Shown: positions 12,786 through 23,700 of the stretch, piece by piece | How positions within the stretch are numbered: the first letter of the stretch is position 1 | Layout: the number at the start of each line of letters is the position of its first letter | Notes under the pieces: generated by a model | What the model saw: only the letters and a program-made list of their open reading frames with translations | Told to the model about the DNA's origin: nothing | The model's database searches: none | Position numbers and translations under genes: made by a program | Assembly (NCBI GenBank): GCA_051313645.2 | Contig: JBNRSN020000357.1 | Coordinates: 248,001 to 312,000, forward strand | Direction: 5' to 3' | Source of the DNA: Centroscyllium fabricii | Lineage: Eukaryota | Length of the DNA stretch: 64,000 nt

Positions 12786-15700
12786 TGTCATAAATCTTAT
12801 GACACAGAAGGAATGACTCATGAAGTAACACTGGGCAGCCAGCTGGTGGCGACGTCCAAGGAGTATAAATACTCGGGCATGGGCCCAGCTTGCCCAGAGA
12901 CATTTTGGAACAGGAACTAGTGACTGTTAGCTAGACCTCCATATCTTGAAACAAGTTGATTAAAGCCTTGCTTTATGCTCAAACCAAGTGCAAAGCGAGT
13001 TTTAATACGTTAATTTAATCAACTTAATAATCGTCTCCATGCTCTGGCTGATTTCGGGAACAGCCAGCTACAACTCAAACCATGGAAGGAAACTTGGACA
13101 AGTAATCGATCCATCATGTACAAAATACTCAGACCTACCCGCCTGGACCTGGACCCGAATTCATCTACAGGTTGAAGTTCGTTAATCCGGCACCCGAAAA
13201 ATCGGCAGCTACAGTCGTTCGGCACAGATTTTCCTGACTGCCCAGCGCATGCGCAGACAATTCAAAATGGCCACCATCGGGGCTGGGCTTCCCTTTCACC
13301 TAACATATACTCACTGGATCTCGGTTTAGTGACCGCCCCAATGCCGATGGTGAATCCCAGGCCCAGAAAATGAGCAGTTGCCATCTTTCGCAGGACGCAG
13401 TACAGTCAAAACTCGGCGCCCAGTTCCCCATCGCTGCCGGAGGCTGCTGCATGCTGACGTCCCTGCATTCCGAAGCTACCATGCGGTGGCGTCACGTGAG
13501 CCGGGCTTGAGCCGTGCATTGGGCCTCAGGCCCGCTGGAGCCGTGCAGCCCGCTCCCTGATCCGCAGCAGAATCGATGGCTGCCTGCTGATGTCACCGCG
13601 TTCCGAAGCTGGCGTGCGGTGGCGTCGTGTGAGCCGGGCTTGAGCCGCGCATTGGGCCTCAGGCCCGCTGGAGCCGTGCAGCCCGCTCCCTGATCCGCCA
13701 TGGGCAGCAGAATCGAATGCATCCTGTGAGTTCCACCTGACCCTCGGGCAGAAAATTACCTTCCAGGTACCGGCGGCGCAGATCATTAAAAATTTTGCAG
13801 TGGCCATATTGAATGCTCTGCGCATGCGCCACCGAACGGTGAGCGCATGCGCAGAGCACTCAAAATTTTGCATTGGCCATTTTGAATGCTGTGCGCATGT
13901 GCCGCTGAAGCTTCAATCATTCGCCGTTTTCAATAATTCAGCAGGGTGCTGGTCCCGACCCTGCCGGATTAACGAACTTCAACCTACTACTGCTAAGGTA
14001 TGGAAACACTGGTATCGTACTTTCAGCAACTTTCTTAGGGAATGTGGTGAGAATGCCCCTGATAAACTAGAAATACTTGCCAACTATGCATCTCTCCATG
14101 TGTTTGATTATATCGAAGACTGTGTAGACTATGACACTGTCCTAGTATTACAGCGACTGTATGTTAAGGCCCCAAACAAATTTTTGGCTCGGCATCTATT
14201 GGCCACAACTTGACAACAACCTAGGGAATCACTTGACGAAGTCCTTCAAAAGCTTTGCAGGCTCAGCAAGGATTGTAACCTTAAAGCTGTCACAGCTGAG
14301 CAGTACCAGGAGGAGCTAATTTGCGATTCCTTTATTAATGGGATTACGTCTCCCTTCATACGACAGCATCTATTGAAAAATAAAACCCTCAAATTACAGG
14401 CTGCCTATGACCAGGCATGTTCTCTGGACTTAGCAAAGAGGGTTGCAGACACCTATCTTTCACCATGTGCACGGGCTGCCGCTACCACTTTTAATTACTC
14501 CTTTGATAGGCCTCGGGTGGAAGCCCTCATGGGTGATGACTCCTACCCGGCTGATGACAACCCTACCCTAGAAGCCTTCACTGATGACGACCCTGCCCTA
14601 GTGGCATCTTGGCAATCTGGAAGGAAGTGTTTCTTCTGCGGAGGTGCATTCCATTATAGGAAATGTTGTCCTGCCCGTAATGCAACTTGCAATCATTGCA
14701 GCAAGAAAGGTGACTTTTCCAAGCTATGCCAGTCAAGAACCTCTGTTAGCAAGAAAGGCCGCCTTTCTAAGGTATACCGGTCGAGAGCTCCTGTTAGTTT
14801 TACAGCTGCTATCTATGAAACTGCTCCTCCCCCAAGAACTACTACTAAGGCAACAGCTATCAAGGGTAAAATTGCCCCTCCTCCTATCACAGCTGTTTTC
14901 CCCCAAAGTCTGTCCCATGCAGCCACGAAGGTTTTTGTAAATGGATACATTCTGAGCGCACTAATTGACTCATGCAGCTCTGACAGCTTCATTAGTGAGC
15001 GGGCTGTCAGTAAGTTAAAACTGAGTATTTATCCCCCAGACAGGGAAATTGCAATGGCTCTGACGACACTGACCACCAATTCTTCTGGCTTCTGTCTTGT
15101 CGACCTTATTCTCAATGGCCGCACTTATTTCTCCACCTGGCTTGGGGTGCTCAAAGATCTATGCAGTGATGTGCTCCTCCTGGTACAAGATTTCCATAAA
15201 CAACACTAAAGACTCACTTTCAAGTTTGGAGGGTCAAAGCCAGAGCTTACTATTTCTAAAGTACCATTTTGTGCGCTTTTGGCGGCTTCACTTGGCGAGC
15301 CCTCCTTGTTTGCCAGTCTTTCCCCCCAATGTAAACCCATAGCCACTAAATCACGACGATTCAGCCAAGATGATCGATCATTTATCGAGGCAGAAATCTC
15401 TTGCCTTCTAGCTGATAGTATCATTGAGCCATGTTCATCTCCCTGGTGGGTTTAAGTCGTTGTTGTTAACAATCCTTTGAAGCAACACAAGAAACATCTT
15501 TGCATTGATCACTCGCAAACTATTAACCAGTATACAGACCTGGATGCCTACCCACTACCATGCATTGATGATATGGTCAATAACCTTGCCAACTACAAGG
15601 TATTTTCAACCTTTGATTTAAAGAGTGCATAGCATCAGGTACTACTAAAAGACTCTGACATAAAGTATACAGCCTTTGAGGCCAATGGTCAGCTTTATCA

Positions 15701-16271
15701 GTTTAGTTGCCTTCCATTTGGGGTCACCAATGGGGTGGCTGTCTTTTAACGGGCAATGGATAGCCTAGTCAGACAGGAGAACTAAACGGAAACTTTTCCG
15801 TATCTAGATAATATCACCATTGCTGGTCATGACCAAAAGGAGCATGATGCCAATCTCCAGAAATGTTTTGACATTCTCCGTCGTTGCAACTTAAACTTGA
15901 ATGAGGCCAAATTGGTGAAATCAGTACCATCAGTCAACATCCTTGGCTACTGGGTGGTCAACGGTGTCATCAAACCGGATCCGGAGTGATTTTGTCCACT
16001 TCAGGAGCTCCCTCCCCCTACAATTCTCGGCTCTCTTTGTCAGGCACTTGGCATGTTCACCTATTATGCGAGGTGGATACTTCACTTCTTCGGCAAGATC
16101 CAACCCCTGCTTTATGCAAAGTCATTTCCGTTGGAGGCAACAGCTATTTCAACTTTCAACCTCCTCAAGCGATAACTGGAGAAAGCCACGCTTCACTCCA
16201 TTGGTGAAAATCTTCCTTTTGTGGTCGAGTGCGATGCATCGGAATTGACGATCTTGGCTACCTTGAATCAA
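12786..16271 (+). mobile_element. Ty3/Gypsy LTR retrotransposon B (decayed, 3'-truncated inside RNase H)
   Basis: Starts TGTCA with a TATA-like TATAAATA at ~12864. Gag runs from ATG 13116 (MYKILRPTRLDLDPNSS|TAKVWKHW) through a CCHC-like CFFCGGAFH...C. Protease ALIDSCS, RT with YLDN and RNase H CDASELTILATLNQ follow, then an abrupt return to satellite. Many stops; no integrase or 3'LTR. Confidence 0.9.
13168..13984. mobile_element. Non-autonomous Tc1/mariner-pogo (Tigger-like) MITE inserted into the gag of element B
   Basis: TIRs CAGGTTGAAGTTCGTTAATCCGGCA (13168-13192) and TGCCGGATTAACGAACTTCAACC (13962-13984), with TA on both sides; the right TIR appears to lack its last 2 nt. Removing the insert restores the gag reading frame. 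Confidence 0.85.
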
Positions 16272-19200
16272 CAAGAGGGGACAAAGGGGATGAAAGGGGA
16301 AAAAGGGACAAAGGGGGTGAGGGAGACGAGAGGGAACAAAGGGGACGAGAGTGGAAAAAGGGTCAAAGGGGACTAGAAGGGACAAAGGGGACAAATGGGA
16401 CTGAGGGGGGACGAGAGGGGACAAAGGGGACGAGAGGGGACAAAGGAGATGAGAGGAGCCAAAGGAGATGACAGGGGTCAAAGGAGATGAGCGGGGACAA
16501 GGGGGACGAGAGGGGAGAAGAAGGGCTCAAAGGGCATGAGCGGGGATGAGAGTGGATGAAGGGCACGAGAGGGGGCGAAGGACACAAGAGGGGATGAAGG
16601 GGATGAGAGGGGCGAAGGGGACGAGAGGGGAAGAAGGGGACAAGAGGAGAGGAAGGGCACGAGAGGAGAGGAAGGGGACGAGAGGAGAGGAAGGGCACGA
16701 GAGGGGAGGAAGGGCACGAGAGGGGCCGAGAGGGGACAAAGAGAATGAGAGGGGATGAGAGGGGACAAAGGAGACGAGAGGGGACAAAGGGGACGAGAGG
16801 GGAAAAAGGGGACGAGAGGGGACAAAGGGGACAAAGGGGACGAGAGGGGACAAAGGGGACGAGAGGGGACAAAGGGGACAAAGGGGACGAGAGGGGACAA
16901 AGGGGATGAGAGGGGACAAAGGGGACGAGAGGGGACAAAGGGGACAAAGGGGACGAGAGGGGACAAAGGGGATGAGAGGGGACAAAGGGGACGAGAGGGG
17001 CCAAAGGGGACGAGAAGGGACAAAGGGGCCAAAGTAGACAAAGGGGTCGAGAGGGGACAAAGGATATGAGAGGGGACAAAGGGGAAGAGAGGGGAGAAAG
17101 GGGAAGAGAGGGGACAAAGGGGACGAGAGGGGACGAGAGAGGACAAAGTGGATGAGAGGGGACAAAGGGGATTAGAGTGGACAAAGGAGACGAGAGTGGA
17201 CAAAGGGGACGAGAGTGGACAAAGGGGACGAGAGTGGACAAAGGGGACGAGAGGGAACAAAGGGGACGAGAGGGGACGAGAGGGGACAAAGGGGATGAGA
17301 GGGGACAAAGGGGACGAGAGTGGACAAAGGGGACGAGAGTGGACAAAGGGAACGAGAGTGGACAAAGGGGACGAGAGTGGACAAAGCGGACGAGAGGGGA
17401 CAAAGGGGACGAGAGTGGACAAAGGGGACGAGAGTGGACAAAGGAGACGAGAGTGGACAAAGGGGATGAGAGTGGAGAAAGGGGACGAGAGTGGACAAAG
17501 GGGACGAGAGTGGACAAAGCGGACAAGAGGGAACAAAGGGGACGAGAGGGGACAAAGGGGATGAGAGGGGACAAAGGGGACGAGAGGGGCCAAAGGGGAC
17601 GAGAAGTGACAAAGGGGCCAAAGTGGACTAAGGGGTTGAGAGGGGACAAAGGGCACGAGAGGGGACAAAGGGGAAGAGAAGGGACAAAGGGGAAGAGAGG
17701 GGACAAAGGGGACGAGAGGGGATGAGAGGGGACAAAGTGGATGAGAGGGGACAAAGGGGACGAGAGTGGACAAAGGGGACGAGAGTGGACAAAGGGGACG
17801 TGGACAAAGGGGACGAGAGGGAACAAAGGGGACGAGAGGGAACAAAGTGGATGAGAGGGGACGAGAGGGGACAAAGGGGATGAGAGGGGACAAAGGGGAC
17901 GAGAGTGGACAAAGGAGACAAGAGTGGACAAAGGGGACGGAGTGGACAAAGGGGACGAGAGTGGACAAAGGGGACGAGAGTGGACAAAGCGGACAAGAGG
18001 GAACAAAGGGGACGAGAGGGAACAAAGGGGATGAGAGAGAACAAAGGGGACGAGAGGGGACGAGAGGGGACGAGAGGGGACGAAGGGGACGAGAGGGGAC
18101 AAAGGGCATGAGAGGGGATGAAGGGCAGGAGAGGGGACAAAGGGCAGGAGAGGGGACGAGATGTGAAGGGGACGAGAGGATCAAAGGGGGCAAGAGTGGA
18201 TGACAAGGTACGAGAGGGGACAAAGGAGACCAGAGGGGACAAGAGGGGAGAGGGGACAAAGGGGTCGAGAGGGGACAAAAGGGATGAGTGGGGATGAGAG
18301 GGGACAAAGGGGTTGAGAGGGGACAAAGGGGTTGAGAGGGGAAGAGAGGGGACAAAGTGGACCAGATGGGACAGAGGGGACAAAGGGGGTGAGAGGGGAC
18401 AAAGGGGAAGATAGGGGACAAAGGAGACAAGAGGGGAGGAGAGGGGACAAAGGGGAGGAGAGGGGACAAAGGAGACGAGAGGGGAGGAGAGGGGACAAAG
18501 GGGAGGAGAGGGGACAAAGGAGACGAGAGGGGAGGAGAGGGGACAAAGGGGAGGAGAGGGGACAAAGGGCACGAGAGAGGACAAAGGGCACGAGAGGGGA
18601 CAAAGGGGAAGAGATGGGACAAAGGAGACGAGAGGGGATGAAGGGCACGAGAGGGGACAAAGGGTACGAGAGGGAACGAAGGGCACGAGAGAGGACGAAG
18701 GGCACGAGAGAGGACGAAGGACACGAGAGAGGACGAAGGGCAGGAGAGAAGACAAAGGGCAGGAGAGAGGACAAAGGGCAGGAGAGGGGACGAAGGGCAG
18801 GAGAGGGGACGAAGGGCAGGAGAGGGGATGAAGGGCAGGAGAGGGGACAAAGGGGTTGAGAGGGGACGAAGGGGATGAAGGGGACGAGAGGATCAAAGGG
18901 GGCGAGAGTGGACGACAAGGTACGAGAGGGGACAAACGATACCAGAGGGGACGAGAGGGGACAAAGGGGTCGAGAGGGGACAAAGGGGATGAGCGGGGAT
19001 GAGAGGGGACAAAGGGGATGAGTGGGGATGAGAGGGGACAAAGGGGACGAGGGGACAAAAGGGACGAGAGGGGACAAAGTGGACCAGATGGGACAGAGGG
19101 GACAAAGTGGACTATAGGGGACAAAGGGCACAAGAGGGGACAAAGGGGAAGAGAGGTGACAAAGGGGGTGAAAGGGGAAGAGAGGGGACAAAGGGGACGA

Positions 19201-20736
19201 GAGGGGACAAAGGGGACGAGAGTGGACGAGAAGGGACGAGAGGGGACAAAGTGGACCAGAACGGACAGAGGGGATGAGACGGGACAAAGGGGGTGAAAGG
19301 AGACAAAGGAGATGAAAGGGGATTAGAGGGGACCAAGTAGACGAGAGGGGACAAAGGGCACAAGAGGGGACAAAGGGGCAAAGGGAATCAGAGTGGACAA
19401 AGGGGACAGAGGGGGCAGAGGGGACAGAGGGGATGAGAGTGGACGAGAGGGGACAAAGGGGACCAGTGGGGACAGAAGGGATGAGAGGGGATGATAGTGG
19501 ATGAGAGTGGACAAAGGGGACAGAGGGGACAGAGGGGACAGAGGGGACGAGAGTGGATGAGAGGGGATGAGAGGGGACGAGAGGGGACAAGAGGGGATGA
19601 GAGGGGATGAGAGGGGACCAGTGGGGACAAAAGGAAGGAGAGGNNNNNNNNNNNNNNNNNNNNNNNNNNNNNNNNNNNNNNNNNNNNNNNNNNNNNNNNN
19701 NNNNNNNNNNNNNNNNNNNNNNNNNNNNNNNNNNNNNNNNNNNNNNNNNNNNNNNNNNNNNNNNNNNNNNNGAGAGGGGACAAGGGGGACAAGAGGGGAC
19801 AAGGAGGTCGAGAGGGGACAAAGGGGACAAGAGGGGACAAGGGGGTCGAGAGGGGACAAAGAGGACAAGAGGGGACAAGGAGGTCGAGAGGGGACAAGGG
19901 GGACAAGAGGGGACAAGGAGGTCGAGAGGGGACAAGGGGGTCGAGAGGGGACAAAGGGGTCGAGAGGGGACAAAGGAGTCAAGAGGCGACAAAGGGATCG
20001 AGAGGGGACAAAGGGGATGAGAGGGGACAAAGGGGACAAAGGGGATCAGAGTGGACAAAGGGGACAGAGGGGGCAGAGGGGATGAGAGTAGATGAGAGGG
20101 GATGAGAGGGGACAAAGGGGACCAGTGGGGACAGAAGGGATGAGAGGGGATGAGAGGGGATGAGAGTGGATGAGAGTGGACAAAGGGGACGAGAGTGGAC
20201 GAGAGGGGACGAGAGAGGATGAGAGGGGACGAGAGGGGACAAAAGGGGACCAGTGGGGACAGAAGGGACGAGAGGGGATGAGAGTGGATGAGAGGGGACA
20301 AAGGGGATAAGAGGGAACAAAGGGGACGAGAGGGGACAAGGGGGTCGAGAGGGGACAAAGGGGACAAGAGGGGACAAAGGGGTTGAGAGGGGACAAAGGG
20401 GTCAAGAGGCGACAAAGAGATCGAGAGGGGACAAAGGGGATGAGAGGGGACAAAGGGGACAAAGGGGATGAGAGGGTACAAAGAGGACGAGAGGGGACAA
20501 AGGGGATGAAAGGGGACAAAGGGGATGAAAGGGGGTGAGAGGGGACAAAATGGACAAAGTGGATGAAAGGGGAGAAATGGCATGAGAGGGGACAAAGGGC
20601 ACGAGAGGGGACAAAGGGCATGAGAGGGGAGAAAGGGGATGAGAGGGGACAGAGGGGACAAGAGGGTATAAAGGGGCCGAGAGGTGACAGAGGGGACAAG
20701 AGGGGACAAAAAGGGCGAGAGGGGACAAAGGGGACC
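16272..20736 (+). repeat. Purine/G-rich minisatellite array, block 4 (GAGTGGACAA and GGGCACGAGA/GGGCAGGAGA subdomains; contains assembly gap)
   Basis: Same units. A 19-mer GAGTGGACAAAGGGGACGA dominates ~17160-18000. Confidence 0.96.
19644..19771. other. Assembly gap (128 N)
   Basis: Run of N. Confidence 1.
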
Positions 20737-23700
20737 TGTCAGGATTCCAGCCACTCGTTCCTCTGCCAACCACCAGAGGGCGGTTTAGGATGCCTCTGTA
20801 CCATGCTGCCAAATCTCAGTGACTCTCTCCTCACCTGTGTCTCATTCAATTAATTATCTTGTTGAAGTAATCAGGCCTGGTATTTGAGCCAACTATTTCT
20901 AGCCCCAGTCACTCGGTCTTGAGGTCTCGAGCCTGCAAAATCACAGAGTTGTGTATGTCTTGTTGGTTCTTGGAATCGTTACTTGATCTGTTGTATGAAG
21001 AGCCTTTGAGTAAAGTATCTCCTGCGTTCTACTGCATCTTATGTCTCTGGCTGTTTGTTCTGCACCTGGGTCCACCACCACACCCATCACAGCAAGACCG
21101 AGTCATCAACATGGACCCAGCAGAAACCAGCCAACCAAGGGAGGAGATAAATCAACAGCGTTTTGCCCTGAGGAGCCAGGCAGCCATGGTCGAGAGGTAT
21201 GCCCAACTACTGCAGGAGATTCGTGATAGCCTGCATTCCCTAACCGAGGCTGTCGGGCACAGCCAGCAGGCGGGCTCAGCACAACTTGCAGCACCTAATC
21301 CTCAACAAGACAAGAAGCCAGACCTTCCAGCTCCCAAACGATACGACGGTCACCCAAGCAAGTGTCGCGGCTTCCTCATGCTGTGTTCTCTGGCATTCGA
21401 GCTCCAGCCTTCCAGATTCCCCTCCGATCGCTCTAGGGTCGCTTACATCATCACCCTGCTCACCGGGAGAGCCCTCACTTGGGCCATGGCCATTCGGGAG
21501 CGACAGACCCCTGCCTGCTCGAACTGTCGGATGTTCTCCGAGGAGATGAGGCGAGTCTTTGACCATCCAGTTCGTGGGCGAGAGGCGAGCAATAGACTGC
21601 TACACCTGCATCAAAGGAATCATAGTGTATCAGACTACGCCATAGAATTCCGTACTCTCGCCGCTGAGAGTCTTTGGAATATGGAGGCACTTATTGCCAC
21701 TTTTTCTCATGGTCTTTCGGAGGATGTCAAAGATGAACTGGCCTCCTGTGAATCTACATCTGATCTCGAGGCTCTTATCAATGTGACCATTCGGATTGAC
21801 AATCGACTCCGCGAGCGGCGAAAAGAATGCCGCCGCCCGTTCCTCTCGTCCCTGGATCTCAGAGCCAGCACCTCAGCGATGGCTTCCAGGCACCTCTGGG
21901 ACTTCCCCAATGCGGAACCCCCGAGCCCAATGCCACCTATTGCCGCGGAGGAGCCCATGCAGCTGGGCAGAACTCGACTCTCCCAATACTGAATGGGATC
22001 AATGGATGCACGAGAGACGCTGCATTTATTGCGGGGAATTCTGAAACTTCCGCGATACCTGCCCCGTGCTGACGGGAAAAGTCAGGACTCGTCCAGAAGC
22101 GGGAGGACTGTGACGAGTCAAAACACCACTCTCGAATTTACTTCTTCCGGTGTCCGTCTCTACTCTTCTCGCTCTTGGGGTAATCAGCAACACACACTCC
22201 GTGCTTTTGTGGATTCCGGAGCGGCGGGGAATTTCATGGATATCAACTTCGCTAGACAGCTCAAGATCCCGACAATCGACCTCGACCAGTCTCTTACAGT
22301 TACTGGTAGACCCTTGGGCTCTGGTAACATCTGCTGAATCACTACCCCCCTGCAGCTATGTGTGGAGAAGCTCCACCAAGAGACAATCCAGCTCCACCTC
22401 ATTTATTCCCCCGAGTTCCCTCTGGTCCTGGGTTTTCCTTGGTTGGCTCTTCATAATCCACATGTCAGCTGGCTTACTGGGGCACTCATGGAATGGGGTC
22501 CTACCTGTCAGGCCACCTGCCTATTCTCGGTGCCACTTCTCGAGTCCCCCTCCCTCTTATGTCCACGGTGTTCGAGCTATTGCAGGGGGCCACGACCTTT
22601 ACCAAGCTGGATCTTCGTAATGCCTACAATTTGGTCTGCATAAGGGAGGATGAAGAGTGGAAGACTGCGTTCAACACCCCTGCTGGCCATTATGAATACT
22701 TGGTAATGCCATTTGGTTTGGCCAATGCACCAGCGGTCTTTCAAGCCCTGATTAACGACGTTCTTTGTGATCTGTTCAACTGTTTCGTCTTCGTCTTCCT
22801 TGATGACATTCTCATCTTTTTGAACTCCCCCAAGAACATGTTCAGCACGTCCAAGAGGTACTGCACCGGCTTCTTAAAAACCACCTGTATGTCAAGCTCG
22901 AAAAAGGTGAGTTCCATGTCTCCACTGTCTCCTTCCTGGGCTTCATCATCATCAACGACGGCATCCAGATGGACGCAGATAAAACCCAGGCCGTCCGTGA
23001 ATGGCCAACACCCACTTCAGTCAAATAGGTCCAATGCTTCCTCGGCTTCGCAAACTTCTATAGAAGGTTCATCAGAAACTTCAGCTCCATAGTGGCACCG
23101 TCATGGCTTTAACCAAGGCAACATCCACCCGTTTTCACTGGTCACCCATGGAGGAGAAAGCATTCAAAGAACTCCAATGGTGCTTCACCACAGTCCCCGT
23201 TCTGGTCCTCCCCAAAGCCTCTCTGCCCTTCATGGTCAAGGTGGACGCTTCTGACATTGGCGTGGGGGCTGTCCTGTCCCAACGTTCCTCCACAGACCAG
23301 AAACTCCACCAGTGTGCCTTCTTTTCCAGGTGGCTCTTGCCTGCTGAGTGCAACTATGATATCGGCAACAAAGAACTGCTTGTGGTCAAGTTAGCATTGG
23401 AGCAATGGAGGCACTGGCATGAGGGGGCCAAACACCCATTCGTGGTCTGGACTGACCACAAGAACCTCGCCTACATCCAGGACGCCAAACGCCTCAATTC
23501 TCGCCAGGCCCGGTGGGTGCGCTTCTTCACTCGATTCGACTTCATCCTCTCTTACCACCCCGGGTCCAAAAATCTGAAACCTGATGCGCTCTCTTGACAA
23601 TTCGACCCCCCCGGACATAAGCAAGACCCCGATACCCATCCAACCAAGCTCCAGGATTTTGGCTCTGGTTCACTGGGGCACCAACACCACCGTTCGAGAG

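Noticed and set aside
22-20769. Very long Pro/Ser/Leu-rich minus-strand ORFs (up to 1104 aa) and Arg/Gly-rich plus-strand ORFs
   Set aside because: All three minus frames are open at once because the C/T-rich strand seldom forms stop codons. There is no frame preference and the array is interrupted by TEs, so these are not mucin- or extensin-like genes.
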